Shown here one piece after another: positions 45,701 through 60,700 of a DNA stretch of 64,000 bases. The stretch is from Podarcis filfolensis. Taxonomy: Eukaryota. Position numbers and translations under genes: made by a program. Positions within the stretch are counted from its first letter, which is position 1; every line of letters starts with the position of its first letter. Under the pieces are notes generated by a model, which did not search any database, had not been told where the DNA came from, and saw nothing but the letters and a program-made list of their open reading frames with translations. Where the stretch lies: the NCBI GenBank assembly GCA_964270895.1, contig OZ185437.1. One strand, 5' to 3'.

Positions 45701-48700
45701 GTTGCTAGTTCCTTCCATGGTTTGGCTAGCTCTTTTTCTGCTCTAAGCACAAGAGGTCACGTAGGGGCAGATCAGTCTCTAGAAAAAAAAGTGAATAAAA
45801 TGTATGCCGTTTAAGTGTAAAGCCCTAACTGATCATGAAACCACTGTTCTAAAGTTGCTCCATTCATCTGTGCCTGGAAGGTTACTTAACTTGAACAAAA
45901 TTGGTGAAATCAAGTTTCATTTCTTGCCTTTATAGCAACATAGCACCTAACAAGGTCTATAATAGTTATGATAATATTGAGCTATTATCTGTGGCAGCAT
46001 TTCAGGGGGGTTTTGTTACTGTTTTGGAGTTTTTTTATCTTGTATTTTTATCTTGTGAACTGCCCTGAAATCTTTTGATGGGTGGTATATAAATCTAATT
46101 AATAATAATATGCAATGGGTTCTTTTTAATAGGTTCTGCAACACCACTGCAACCACAGATGGTGGTATATGCTTGCTATATGCCTCTTTATGTGTCTGAA
46201 AGAAAGATATTTGTCTTAGGGAAAATGGTAAGGCTTTGTTTATTTTGCCTTCAAAATATGAACTAATAATTGAATAAAAACAGCAAATATATCAACAAAG
46301 AACACAAAACATATTTGTGAAAAGGGCTGTTTGTAGACCAATTTTCTGCCTCTGTCCAGCTCAGGTTTGTGGTTGGTTGGTTTTATACCTTAAGTGCTTT
46401 GACTTGTTAAAAAGAAATACATGTTTCATAAACATTCCTTTTTTGAAACTTGGTACAGCAATGTGCAGTTAATTGGAATCCTGGCATATATATCATTCTT
46501 ACCATTAACAGGGATATCTTCCCAATGTTACTGGAGACTTTCCATGTAGGTCTAGCCAAGAATAAGTTGCCCATCATAATGAAGGATAATCTAGAAGTAG
46601 ACAGGGCTGTAATTATGCTAGTGACTGGCCAAGTTTGCCAACAGTCTTTGAGAGAAATTACAGCTCAGTTACAGTGCAATATTTTATTTTCACTCCAAAC
46701 CTGAGTCTTATTGTTTTTACAGGACTGTGCAGTTGTTCCTATATTCCTCTATATTCCCCTTCTACCTCCTTGATACTCTGTCTTGGTAACTGTAGGACTG
46801 GAGCGCTCAAATGGAGTTTAGGGCTGTTAATGGCCCCACATACAGAGGCAACACGGTGCTCTCTGTCCTAGAACAATTATGGTAGTCAGAAATTACATAA
46901 TTGTGCCAAAATTAGTTTCCTCTTGATATTTTTATGTGTAACACAGCCTCCATTGTGCATTTTATTCCTCTTTCTTTTGCAGGCTGATTCATCTGAGCAG
47001 TTGCGGCAGTATGGTCTTTCCCACATATACAGTCACCCTGCACTGCTAACCAGAACAAGGTCTGGTCCCCTGGTAGCCCCTCCAAAACCACCACCTATTC
47101 CTCGTTGGAAACTTATCCGCCAGAAAAAAGAAACAATTGTAACTGATGAACCCCAAGGTTTGTCTTTCCAGGCTTTGCAGTATATTTTAAACTAACAATA
47201 AGCCAAAATGTAATACTTGTCTCTTGATTTCACCCACACTGCCATTTAGAGGATCAAAAGGATTGATATATGAAAATTCAGATGCTTTTTACTTTACCTA
47301 ATAAGTATTATTCTGTGCTTGAAATGAATACTGAAAGTAGTACTATTGTGTGGTTTTTGTTGTGTTTCCCTTGTCTTGACCACATTTGAGACATAGGGAT
47401 ATATTGTGTCTTCTGAAAGCAATCTGACCCACAGCAATACACATACATACACAAAATATAGTATAGGACACTTCTCTGGTTTGGCACAGAAACTTGCAAT
47501 GTGGAAAGTGTTATCATATTGATGGGAGGAATGTTGACTTTTTATTTGTTTGGGCCAGACTAATGAGAAAAGAGAGTGGCAGAGAAGAATATTACTATCA
47601 TATTATCCCTCCCTCAAGCTCCTAATAGTCAACATCTGTCTTTGAAGCTTTACAGCTGTGGCAGAAGCAGCTGGAGGACTCTAGGCATCTGAGCCTCTTT
47701 TCCTGCCCACAGGGCAAGACTGCTGCTGGTGGGCTGACCCCAAAGGGGTGACATGAAAGGGGATCACCCAGTTTGGGTCATTGTTTTGGTACTGTCATGA
47801 AGGTGAGGCTGATGTTCTTTACAACATTAAGAATATTTTTTTCTTGTTAAATCTGTGCTGTTAACATTTTAACATAAACCTGCTAACCATGTTTGTCTGT
47901 GTGCACATTTCACCTTCCTGAATGAAAGGCAGTCTAATTGTATAGAACCTGCAGATACTATTCGCTGGATTCAGGTTGTTATTTTTCAATGAGAGTCTTT
48001 TTTTGTCGAGGGTTTCTTAAACTATGAAGAACTCCTGTTTTTGTTCTTTACCTTCCAGAACCTGTCATTAAAAAGCCAGAACAATTCATTGAACTTGCTA
48101 GCCCGTTTCTGAGCTATAGACTTTCTCCAATACCAATACCAAGAGACACGTAAGTATATGAACCAGTGGGCTTCAGTGAATTATATTTGGAAACCTACAA
48201 TCAAGCGTTATATAAAATTTAATAAATAATGGTATTTTGTGCAATAAAGGTGAATTCAACAACAATTTAACACTACAAAGTATTAAAGGGGTGTGTTTAT
48301 CAATAGAGGAAGAAAGGGAGGAAAGGAGGGGAAATGTGCCACAAGTGATTTGTATTCATAGAAGTTCATGGCAATGCTGTAATTTGAAATAACCTGAACT
48401 TCAAAAATCCCATTAGACATATATAACTTCCTATATGTCCAAAAGACACTATGTTGGAATCAGACTTGCATTCATGTTAGAGGAAGGAGAGGCACTTTTC
48501 TCAGATTCTTTTCCACCCCCCGAAAAACTGAACCAGAGGATTTGGAGATTCCCTAGAGCAGCACGAGAGGCAGCATGCATGTGCGAGGGGGGTGGGCTAC
48601 ATAAGCAATTGGAGATGATGATGATGATTTTATTTCTAATGTGTATTTCCCTGAAGGTCCCAGGGCAGGTTGCAAAAAATTTAAATACAACATTAAAAAC

Positions 48701-51700
48701 AGATTTAAAAACAAAAAAGACAATCACAAAAAATAACTACCAGAAATGATGGCTTACAATTTATGCTTCAAAAGTACTTGTGCAATGGATGGTAATCAAC
48801 ACGATGCCCTTGTTTTCTCCCAGGCAGTGGTTTCAGCCAGGAGACAAGGTTCTTGCCCGAGTGGTAGCATATGCTAGACCAGGCTTCCTCAAACTCGGCC
48901 CTCCGGATGTTTTGAGACTACAATTCCCATCATCCCTGACCTCTGGTCCTGTTAGCTAGGGATGATGGGAGTTGTCCCAAAACATCTGGATGAGGCAAAC
49001 CGGCAAGGTTGTTAGATAAGTAGCACCCTGGATAGCTCCTAGTAGCACCTAGGTTGGCAGTGAGACAAGGAAAGCTTGAATGTAGCTCCAATAAACAGTG
49101 AACCCAGACTAAGCCTAAAACAGGCCTCCCACTTCCTTGGAACAGCTAGCCCAGCCTCTGGTGAGCAGAGCCTCTGCTCTTAAAAAAAGTCTACCTTCTT
49201 TTATAGAACAGGTACCAGGATTAGAAGCTTCATTAGTAAATCTCACCTCCTCAAAGTGCAAGGAAGTGTTTTTGATTTCTGAACTTAAATTAATTTTCCT
49301 TGGATATTCCCTATTTTCCAGTAAGACTTCTTTTTATGGTAACTGCTAATGGAGTAGAGTTAATCGGCTGGACATTTTAATATATACATTTTATTTAGAG
49401 ATGAATGTTAATTTATCTGTGTTTTATTTAGCCATTTCCCACCTTCTACATTCAAAAAAGGATCTCTTCCAGCATCCAGTCTTCCTGCTGTCACTGAAAA
49501 TGATGAAAGCGTAATTGACTCTTCTGGAGATTCAAATTTAACAAGTACAGAAGAAATTTCTCAGGTGAAGATTTTACCCTGCATGGGTTGTTCTCCATTC
49601 ATGCTAAAAATTGTGTACACTACTTCCTGTATGATCAGTTTTTTGAAAAAAGAAAAATGTTGCTGAGCTTTTTCTCTTTGCATTTGAATAAATCAGAAGA
49701 CTGTGATTCATCTGAAGTTTGTAGTAAAAAAGTGATGTTCACAAATCATTCTAGATCAGTCCTGCACAACTTGCCAAGCAAGCACAACTCAGCCTACCAG
49801 CCACGCATGTATAACCTGTTGGGGTTTGAAATTGGCCCTGTTTTTTTGCAGTCCCAGGTAGGCAGCAAAAACAAGATGCTTATCAAGCACAAAATGCTGC
49901 TGGGCAGGTTGTATAAACCTCTGTCCCATTCACCAGTGTCTCATAAGTCCCATGAGAGGCTTTAAGGGCCTGTGTGGATGAGTTGGGAAATACAGCTTCC
50001 ACCATCCGTCTTCTGGGGGCTATACAGTCAAACCTTGGAAGCCGAACTCCTTGGCACTCGCATGTTTTGGCTCTCAAACACCGCAAACCCGGAAGTGAGT
50101 GTTCCGGTTTATTTGGAAGCCGAACGTCCAGCACGGCTTCCGATTGGCTGCAAGAAGCTCCTACAGCCAATCAGAAGCTGCACCTTGGTTGCCGAATGTT
50201 TTGATAGTTAAACGGGCTTCCAGAATAGATTCCGGTTGTCTTCCAAGCTATGATTGTACTCTGGATTCCAGATTCTATCATTTTATAACCTTTATTGAGC
50301 ATACTGTAACGTGGAGGACACAATTTGTAAAAATACAGAAATATTCCCTTAAATTGGACTACCAGTACTATATTGATCTGAGAGCAGAACATCTGTCCTA
50401 GAATGGAATTGGTGGGCATGATCCTAAATCTGCCACCATGCATAGAGGCAATTTGGTAGTAGAGGGCTGAGCATACTTCGGATTTAAGAGTTGTCCCTAG
50501 GGACGAGAACAGAGTTGTTTAAAGCATTCAGTTATTGCCTCACATCCTGCAGTGAAGCCAACACTAGCACACATGTGTGCACATGCACACGCAGTCTCAT
50601 GGAAAGGGAGTGTGTAGTGAGGTTTGCCAGACTGTGGACGTTTGCTACAGATAACTAGCTTTCTATGACACTTCTAATTTATGACACATTTAATTTATTT
50701 TGCTTTTTGCTATTTTGTCAGTATTGTTCTAAACAAACTTTTCCCCACTCTGCAGGAATCTACTTTAGCTGCACCACATACTATGGAAGGATCCACCAGA
50801 GGTAACTAATATGATTGTGAATAATGAATTCTCTATTGAATAGGAAAATATTTATTCATTCATTCAGTTATTTAGCTATAAATGAAGTAAAAATTCTATA
50901 AATAGCTAGTTCCAAGGTGTCTTACAATGCAAAATTATAGGGGGAGAATAGCAATGAAAACTTGCCAGAGAAATAAGCAGTTGGTAAAAAGGAATTTCTA
51001 ATATTGCATCACATTAAACTAGTATTTCCCTCCAATAATCTTGGACTATAGCTGACATAATCTCTGACCATTGACTTTGCTTATGGGGGGTGATAGGATT
51101 GTAGTCCAATACATTTAAAGAGCCTCAGTTTGGGGGAAACTATGCTAAACCATGGTTTGGTTTACATGTGAACCAATCCTATATCACACTCCCAAATGCT
51201 AAAGCTCTGTGTTCTCTGAAGCCCTCTTAATAATACCTAATCTCTTTTAATGCTTCATGAACTTTGTCAAAACATGCACAAAGTACATGAGTGCTTCTCT
51301 CTCTCAAAAGAGCATGTGTGTTAATATTTCACATTGTGTTATCATATAACTACAGAAACATCACATAGCAGTAACCTACCGTAAGTAGGGATGGATGGTT
51401 GTTTATTTCTGTTCTGTGTCACTTTTTCTTATGTTCACTTATAATTACATTTATTGCATCTCCACATTAATCTATATTTGGGGGGGGGGTATTAAATAGG
51501 CCTTTTCTGTCAAAATCTGCATTTCTTAACTTGCTTTCTCTCAAAATACACATTTAAAAATGTATTTCAATACTTTGAGCCAAAACCTGCGCCAAACACT
51601 AGTGAATTGCAAAAGTCAGTTAACTAAATTCAGGTTGTCATATTGATCCGGGAAATGTTGTTCAGCTCCCTTCTTATCAGAGTTAGCACAGACTGACTTC

Positions 51701-54700
51701 TAGGAGCACAATGCTTCCAGAACTTCAGTTGGGCTTGTCTCTTAAAAACAGATTATTTTAAAATATGGTGTATAAGATAGTTTCAAGGATGTGCATTGAC
51801 AACCCTGTATTCGGCAACTTCTTTACTAGAGATTAGGTAAAACAGAGAAGCATTCGTTGCCGGCATGCTTCAGGGCTAACCTAGAGAGCCCTCTAGAGGT
51901 GAAGCATAACCGTTATGTTTTCATTTATTCAGTTTTTTTGTGAATTGGGTTTAAAAGGTTCACAGCTTCACAACCTTCATTTCAATTCACAGTCTTCAAA
52001 TAATTTATTTCTTCTTTTTGAAGATGTATGAAATCTTCAGTATGCAAGCAATATGTTGGTTTGGGGGTCCTGTTTCAAGGGGTTATGGACAAATCCTCCT
52101 TGATTCAGTCATTATTTTGCAGCTGTCTTGGTGTATATTCAAAAAAATGCTTCTCTGCTTTTGAGAATTCTCTTCTGACGTATTGATAGTTCATCTGTGC
52201 TTATGTTGCTAGACAAACATGCCCTTCCCAACCTAGTACCTTTCAGATGTTTTGTACAGTGTTGCTGGCTGGGACTGATTGGAGTTGTATTCCAAAATAT
52301 CGGAAGGGCACCAGGTTAAAGAGGGCTGCCTTACTGTGCTGCTTTCTGGGAGTTAGAAATTCAATCTCTCTCCTTTCTTTACCTTTTTAAGAGAAGAAAG
52401 AATAGTTCAGTCCATTTATCTTCAAAGCATTTGCCTTTGTAGTGCATGCAGCTTCACAGCAATCAGTGAGGATTTAGGCTGTTATGGGTATACATATACA
52501 GTATTGCTAAGTTGCTTTATGATAAATTACTAGGATAATTTTGCCCTGTTTATGTTTCTCAACTTTACCAGTAGAATATAGTCTTTCATTTCTGAGTGTA
52601 AACTTAAGGACATCTTTTTTTCCTCCCTTATCTGTGCAGGGGAATCGACTGAAAAAATAAGTAGTGAAGCAGCTCCAATGCCAGAATCAACAGAACCTAC
52701 TAATAACCAGTTAGGAAATAAATCTCAGGAAGAGATTGAATCAGAAAAGAGCCCCATCTCCAAGGAAATATGGATGGACTATGAAGATTTCTGTGTTAGT
52801 TTTCAGTAAGGCATGCTTTTATTATTGTTACAGAGGCTATATCTTCTTTTGTGGACTTTTCCAAATTATCCTTCAAATTTGCGTAGGTGACTCATGGCTG
52901 CTACACAAAAAGCATCCTCAGTCTCTGTGGTGCATACTAGAAATTCAGCAGATTTTCTTATAAATCTGCCATCTGATGATTCCTAGCAATTTTCTGTATT
53001 TTCTTTAAGACAATGGATGGTGTCCAGTGGTGGCCACCACTAGGAGAATGGACTTCTACTGGTGTGACAGAACTTTCCCTTTCTTTCCTTCCCATTGCAG
53101 TTCCCTGCATACATTCAAAAGCTGTTCTTGATGGTTCAGGGAACCCCTGGAGTAGATTTGGGGAGGACATGATGGCAGAGAAAAAGGGGAAGTCCCATTG
53201 TGCAAGCAAAAGTCCACTCATGCAACAATGGATGTTGCCCAGTAAGAGATTTCTGTGATGTCTGATAACCTTCTTTAATAAATGTAACATCAATTTTCAA
53301 GAACAATTGTCTTCAAAAGCAGTTGCCAAACTCCTAGCATTCCCCCTCCATTGTTACTTAGAGAACAAGCTGCACATACCCAATGGCTAGACCCATAAGG
53401 TCACAGATGTCATCACAGCCCATAGGTCTGTAGGCCTGTCTGGTTGGTTACAAAAGCACCTTTGCAAGCTCTGTTTTACTTCCTCCACACAGAACTCTTG
53501 GTCCCTCGCAGTTCTTGCCATTCTGCCTCTTGCTGCCCCATCCCTGAAACCAGGTTCTTTGAACTTACTCTATATGCTTTCACATTGGTTTTTGGTTCTA
53601 CGTCTCCTGGACATAAGAATGACTCACTGGACACATTCTTCCCTCATACATAATTGACTTGAAATGCCAAATATTATTTTATTTATGAAAACACAGTTAC
53701 AGTGAAATGAAAAAATGTACAAGTAAAAAGGTCCTTTCACATAACCTTTTAGCATTTAGGGAAATCCTAAGCACATGGTTATATTTTTTACATCAGATTT
53801 GATGCTCATAAACATCCTAAATTCAACCTGAACATGATAAAGGGGTAATGGAAGAGTTCTGTCATGGCTGCAACTACAACTACCAGTGCAATCCTATGCG
53901 CATCAATTAAAAAACAAGTCTCATTCAATTCCATGGGGCCTACTCTCAGCAATGGAGTACAGGATTGTAGCCTAAATGAACAATGGAAACTTAGACTTAA
54001 TTACTGCTTGCAGTTCAGAATGGTGACAGATTATTCACATTTTCAATTTCAGAAACTCATGTAATTTGGAAGTTAACTTCTGTTGCTAGATGGTAATAAC
54101 ATACTGAGTAACTGTTCAAAGAATCCTGATGGTTTGTTTCAGTTCTCTTATAATTCAGTAAAATGTGATGCACAGCATGAGGGGGAGGTTTCTGTATAAT
54201 TAATGCTAAAATAATGATGTTTGCTTTCCTTAGGAATTTGTATGTTTTCCACAAGCCAAATACCTATAGCTACACCTATCAGAAGTCAGATTTTAGAGTA
54301 AGTGCACTGACTACATGATTCATTCATCTCTTTGTAAACTATAACGGCATTGTGAATCCCAGTTTTGTATCCATTCTGTAAACATTTTCATTCGCCAGTA
54401 AAATGTTATTATCTACAAAAACCTCGCACAGAAATAATTGATACAAATCCTAAAATATAAATGACAGACATTAAAAACAATGTTATCATGATACTTTGGG
54501 ATCAGAGATACTGCAGAATTTCAGTTTGGATCTGACAGGGAAACTAGTTCCCTTAGCCTCATTTTGTATAAACACAAGTTTAGATAATTGTATTTTTAAA
54601 TTTTTCCTCTGCCATCAATTCACTCAGAATACTTTGAAACCTCTTTGTAGTTTGTATAGTATAGTAGGCTGACATATGAGCTGGACAACAACATGAGAGA

Positions 54701-57700
54701 TATGATGAACTTTTAACTAAGGTCATTGGCTATTTAAAAGGGATACTGTGCACAAAGGAATACTAATAGTTATCAAGTAATCAAGATAAGTGACTTTTAA
54801 AGGTAAAGGTAAAGGGACCCCTGACCATTAGGTCCAGTCGTGACCGACTCTGGGGTTGCGGCACTCATCTCGCTTTATTGGCTGCGGGAGCCGGCATACA
54901 GCTTCCGGGTCATGTGGCCAGCATGACTAAGCCGCTTCTGGCGAACCAGAGCAGCGCACGGAAACACCGTTTACCTTCCCGCCGGAGCGGTACCTATTTA
55001 TCTACTTGCACTTTGACGTGCTTTCGAACTGCTAGGTTGGCAGGAGCAACGGGAGCTCACCTCGTTGCGGGGATTCGAACCGCCGACCTTCTGATCAGCA
55101 GGTCCTCTAGGCTCTGTGGTTTAACCCACAGCGCCACCCTTGTCCCTCTAAGTGACTTTTACCTCAGGCCAAATCCCTAAACCTAAACCTCCACCCCAGT
55201 CAAATGCAGCCACAACCCAGTCCAGTTACTTGAGTCAATTTGCCTCTGACCCACCAAATTCCTCTAGTTGCTTAGACAGTTTAGCCAGCTTAAAAAACCT
55301 GCTTGTGCAACCTTCCTCTGTTAAGACCTTTACATAGGGCAGCCTCTCAGACCTACTCAGTCACCAGCTCCCTTCTTCTGGTTTTCACCAGATGGAGTAT
55401 TAAAAACACATTGGGTATTAATATTCAGGATTCAACTTTCCCCTCCGATTTCCCTGTCTTTCCCCAACTCCTTAACTGACCATTTTTCAACTCCTTTCCT
55501 GACTATTGGCACCCCCACCCTAGAATTTCTGTACAATCAGAGTCTGCTATCACCCAGCCCAATCAGAATGAATTTACATGCTCTAGGCCCTGCCTAATAC
55601 CTTTTCAAAGTGATCACCTCTCTTTCCTCTCAGACCATGTCACCAAGCAACTACTATTATAGAGGTTTTCAACGTAATAACAGTATAAAGCCTCAAACTC
55701 TGTCACCAAATTTATATTGAGTTGAATCCAGATAAAAGCCTACCCCCAGCCATCTCATGGAAGATGCCAATGTCTGATTTTCTGTGATATCCCTCCCCCC
55801 ACATGCCACAGCCTACCCCATTTAACTGGGTCCCCTGATTCTCATTATAAACTTTCTGGGAGTTGGAAGCTGCCAGAGGAATGAGGGGTAGGAATATCAA
55901 CTTATCCCAGTCCACTGCTGTGGAATTTTCTGTGGATCCAAAACATTTTAGAATACAGTGAAATAAAGTTATTAGACATTCAGCCAATTCAAGTACCCCT
56001 TGTACCCCTTGTACCCTAAGGCCTAGAAGAAATTGAGGAGAATTTCATTTGTTCTACATTTTTAAAGCAAGTCGCACATTCTGGACCAATACATGGGAAA
56101 GAATTCAGTGTTGTACTAAGGTGATTGTTCCGCCAGGACAAGCATTTCAGCCTGCCAGATGGAATGATCCCCTTTCTCCTCTCACTCATACTGTTCTGGG
56201 ATTCTCCTGACTCCCTCAGGGCCAATTTTGGGGGGCAAATGGAGAGGAGACTTGTGTTTAAGTAAAGGTAAAGGTACCCCTGCCCGTCAGGGCCAGTCGT
56301 GTCCGACTCTAGGGTTGCGCGCTCATCTCGCTTAAGAGGCCGGGAGCTGGCGCCGTCCGAAGACACTTCCAGGTCACGTGGCCAGCGTGACGAAGCTGCA
56401 GCTGGCGAGCCAGCACCAGCGCCGCACACGGAAACACCGTTTACCTTCCCGCTAGAAAGCGGTACCTATTTATCTACTTGCACTTAGGGGTGCTTTCGAA
56501 CTGCTAGGTGGGCAGGAGCTGGGACCGAAAGACGGGAGCTCACCCCGCCGCGGGGATTTGAACCACCAACCTTACGATCAGCAAGTCCTAGGCACTGAGG
56601 TTTTACCCACAGCGCCACCCGCGTCCCTTATGTTTAAGTATTTTGTGCTAATTAAGTAAAATCTAATTGCAGAATTCCTAAACCCATTGCTTCATCATGT
56701 TAACTAGCTTTTGTGTCTTCTCTTTTAAAATATTTAGACCAGTAGTTTACGAAGGGCGCTCATTAAAGATTTCCCCTGATGTACTTCCCATGGACTGAGG
56801 CAAATGAAACTGGGCACAGTTATTAGTCCTTCTCTACATAGCTACCAGCAAGAGTCACACACTTCTCCCATCGCTTTATGCAGCTACAAATTACCACGTT
56901 ACCTATGGAGAGATGTATACATGTACAATTTCATCCTCCTATGATAACAGAAGTGGGTCAGGGAAAAACTTTAATGAGCAGCCCTTGTAGGAAGCCATAC
57001 ACAAAATTATTCTTAGGATAAACTTAACTTTTTTCAGTAGATTAAAATAGAAACTAAATGTTATGGGGAAGCAAAACCTAAGGTTTTGCTTGATGACTTT
57101 TCATTGTTCACTTTATATCATACACTGATTTGAAAAACAGTGTTTAAAATATAACTCAAATGCTGCCAAATACTAGTTGCTCCAACACTAGATAAATAAT
57201 AAACATGGATACTCTTTTTTTTCCTTACAGATGGTGGAGGATCGTATTGTCTATTATTTATCTGTAGATAGTTTGAAGCCTACTGATATCCTGGTTAGCT
57301 TTTCTGCATTAGTACACTGGGGGGAATCAGGAGGTAAGATCAGTATCAAATAGATAGGTAATGCAAGTATTGATTCTTGTGATTTTCTTCACAAAGAGGT
57401 ACTCAAAGATAGAACTCTGTTAGAGCTACAGTATTTGTGATCTTCTTCTATGTTGACACACAACTTTCTCATTTTACCATGAGTGTTTGGTGAAAGTCTT
57501 GGATGCAGTTAATTCTTCTTAAGCCCAGAGTCTGTAGTAGAACGGCACATGTTATTAACAAACAAATCAAAGTTCCATCAACTTCCATCCTCTTCATAAT
57601 AATTTGAGGCTGCTTTTATAGTTTGCCATAATTTGCAATTGAAAACAGCCTCAAGGCATATGTCAGAATAAAAAAGCCTTACATGTGGCTCAGTTGTTAC

Positions 57701-60700
57701 TGGAGTTCTAGGGTCTGCAGCCCTGCTTGCTCTCTTCACCACCGTCCCTACCATTCCCCCTACATTAATCTCCTAGAGCTTCCCAGTCCACACAACTACT
57801 AAGCTTTCTATTTTAGGCTTTAAGGAAGGCACATAGTACATATAGTCCCTTCAGCATTAGTTCAGTGCACACGAGGCTCAAGGAAACCTATGAAGAACAA
57901 GTCTACTCTGTCTCCTATCATTGCCTTGAGTTTGGTTTGTTGGCCACCACAAGAGGCATCTCATTACCTGAGATCTGGAGGGGGTAACATAGCATGTTCC
58001 TCACTCCTTGCATATTCTAGATTATACCTGTTCAAGAAGGTGTAGAAAAGAAACATGTTAGACTGCAATTCTTTGTTCATGTACCTGAAGTAAGCCTCTT
58101 AGTGGTAGGCATATGTAGGATTTGAGTGTGTCATTGTTTCTTAGTAGAACTGCTTACAAATTTTAATTATTTGCTTTCCCTGGCAACTTGACTTAACATG
58201 TTATAGGTAGAAAGGAAAAGGCTGATGAGCTTCCTCCTTTCCTTTTGTTTTATTGTCTACTCTCTTGAAAGACTGCCTGCTGATATTTATAAGATATAAA
58301 TCATGTTCTATGAGGTTTACAAGCAACAAACTACAAGTTACATCTAAGAACAACTTTCAGAAGACATCTGAAGGCAGCCCTGTATCGGGAAGTTTTTAAT
58401 GTTTGTCTTTTTTATGTTTTATGTGTTGGAAGCCGCCCAGAGTAGATGGGGCAACTCAGCCAGATGAGCAGGGTATAAATAAAATCCTCAGCATATATAA
58501 AGATATTGGAAATGGTTTCATTTTGGTGATAAAAAAAAAACAAGTTATCTGTATTCTTTTATTTTATAGCAAGTGCACAAAAAGAAGGCCATGTTTTGCC
58601 CAAGGGATTCCTCATGGTTGAAAAATTCTCATGGAAAAATTTGGCGCCAGGACAATTAATCCTGAAGATCCATACATATGCCACTAAAGCTGCTGTGATA
58701 AGTCTTCCTGCTGGGTATGTGCCATTCTGCTACACCCTTTTGATCCCTTTTGAGTTAGAGGCATAGCAATAGTGCTTTAAAATAGTGCTTTAAATAATTA
58801 TTTACACACCTTCTCAGATTTTCTAATCCTCACAGCAATCCTGTAAAATAGGTCAGTGCCATTGTTTCCATGGAGTTACTGAGGCTGAGAAATAAGCATT
58901 TATTTTTACGCCACCTCAATATTTAAATAAATAAACACACCTTTATGCTTTTATCAAAGCTATTGTCACTTTGTATGTTGTATACCCCTTTGCTGTATCT
59001 TGTATGAAAAATACAGTTTTAAATATTTAAATAAATTAATTCATGGTAGAGCTATGCCTCAGCAGAGGAACTCTCTGTTTTCTAGTGGGCAACAGGACAC
59101 TTCCAACTGGGATCTTGTTCCTCCCTGTGCTTGCAGACAGGAAATGTTGACATTTTCAAAGAAGTTGCTGTGTGCCTCTCCCTTGGAAAGCCACAATCTA
59201 ATTTCTCAGTTTCACAAAGCTTGTGCTGTCTTTCTGGCCTCTTCTTTCTAATCCATTTGTGATTTTTGTCAGTTTTGTATGTGTGTTTTTTCTAAGGTGG
59301 GGTGCCTTTGTGGTAGTTTCCCTCCCTAGCTGTCAGTGTTGTTGTTTTTTACCTCAGTATGGTTTGGACTTTTAGTGCTAACGTGTCTCACTAGTCTCTC
59401 ATCTCTTCTCTTGTTCAGAGCTTAGCTTTATACCAGGAACTCTCTGATTCCCACCTCAGTTTCAGCCACAAGGGAGAGCTCAACTCCCACCTGAGGCATC
59501 TGTTCTTGCACGAGGAAAAAGATACCTATGGTTACTTAGTTTGCAAAATAAGCTACATATTTATTTGCTAGTGGCTGGATGAAATCCCAACAAGTCTTAG
59601 CACTTTTTCACATATAACTTTTTTTCAAAGTGTACAAACACATGTGGTCCACCAAATAGTCTTAGAGCCTTCTCTTTCCTTTATACATTAAATGTTTTGA
59701 GAGCCAAGCAATAAATAATGAAAGAGAAGAGAGGGGTTTACTTACACTGACTGTTTAGAATTCCTGTTATATTTTAGTTTCTTTGTTCATTAGTGTGCTT
59801 ATTTAAATCTAGGCGCCATGTGTTACTCTTCACTGCGAGCTCTCCTGTAGGGCACCATATCCATCTTTGTAGCATGGTCCCATGTGTGTTTGGTGAAGAG
59901 GATATTGTCCTGCCAAATCTTGAAAAGGTATTTGTTACCGTAACAACTGGAGCTATATTCCCATTGGGAGAAACAAACGTTCATTGTCAAGTTTTAATTC
60001 CTATTGAAGTTAAAGTTTTGTTCGAGAAGTACTTAGTCTGTTTCTGAATGGAAAAGATCACAGATCCATAATTATCCTGCAATTTAATTTTAAAATGGGC
60101 AGAATCTGGAAGACACTTGCATCATCACAAAATAGTGCTTAAACATACAACTGCTTATGCAATTTTGAAACTTGGTTGCAGGCCCCACTGATGGCCAAAG
60201 GTAAGTGCCCAGCATTTTTTCTCCAAATCATACAGGGAGAAAATTCTTTGAAATGACTACAGACTGAGCTCCACAAGGATCTCACCTAGCTCTTCAAAAA
60301 AGTAGTTGTGGTTCAATTTCTGCTGGATTTTCTTTCTAGAGGATTTTCTTTGTAGGTTTAACAGAGCTAGCAAATACATTTATACAAGTGGAGTTACAGG
60401 GTAAAGTCCTTCTGTTCATGGTTCCAGACATTCTATTCTTTCTCCAGTCATCTCCTGTTTTTCTAAGTTTTCCCCTAGCAGACAGACAGCGTTCCATACC
60501 CACTGAGCATGCTCAGTCTTCATTCAATAGTTTCCCCCCCTTTTGTTTCTTCACTATGTTTAGGTTTCTGTGGTTCATGATCTGATCTACTGTATTGGCC
60601 CAAAAATAAGCCACACTTTTTTTCCAACTTCCGATCGTGAAAAGTTAAAGTGTGGCTTATATTCGCAACCTTATAGCACCGGCAAAGCAGCATGGCTCCC

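Noticed and set aside
54878-56487. Similar short ORFs recurring at 5644, 26283, 54878 and 56299
   Set aside because: All are Sauria SINE sequence, not a gene family.
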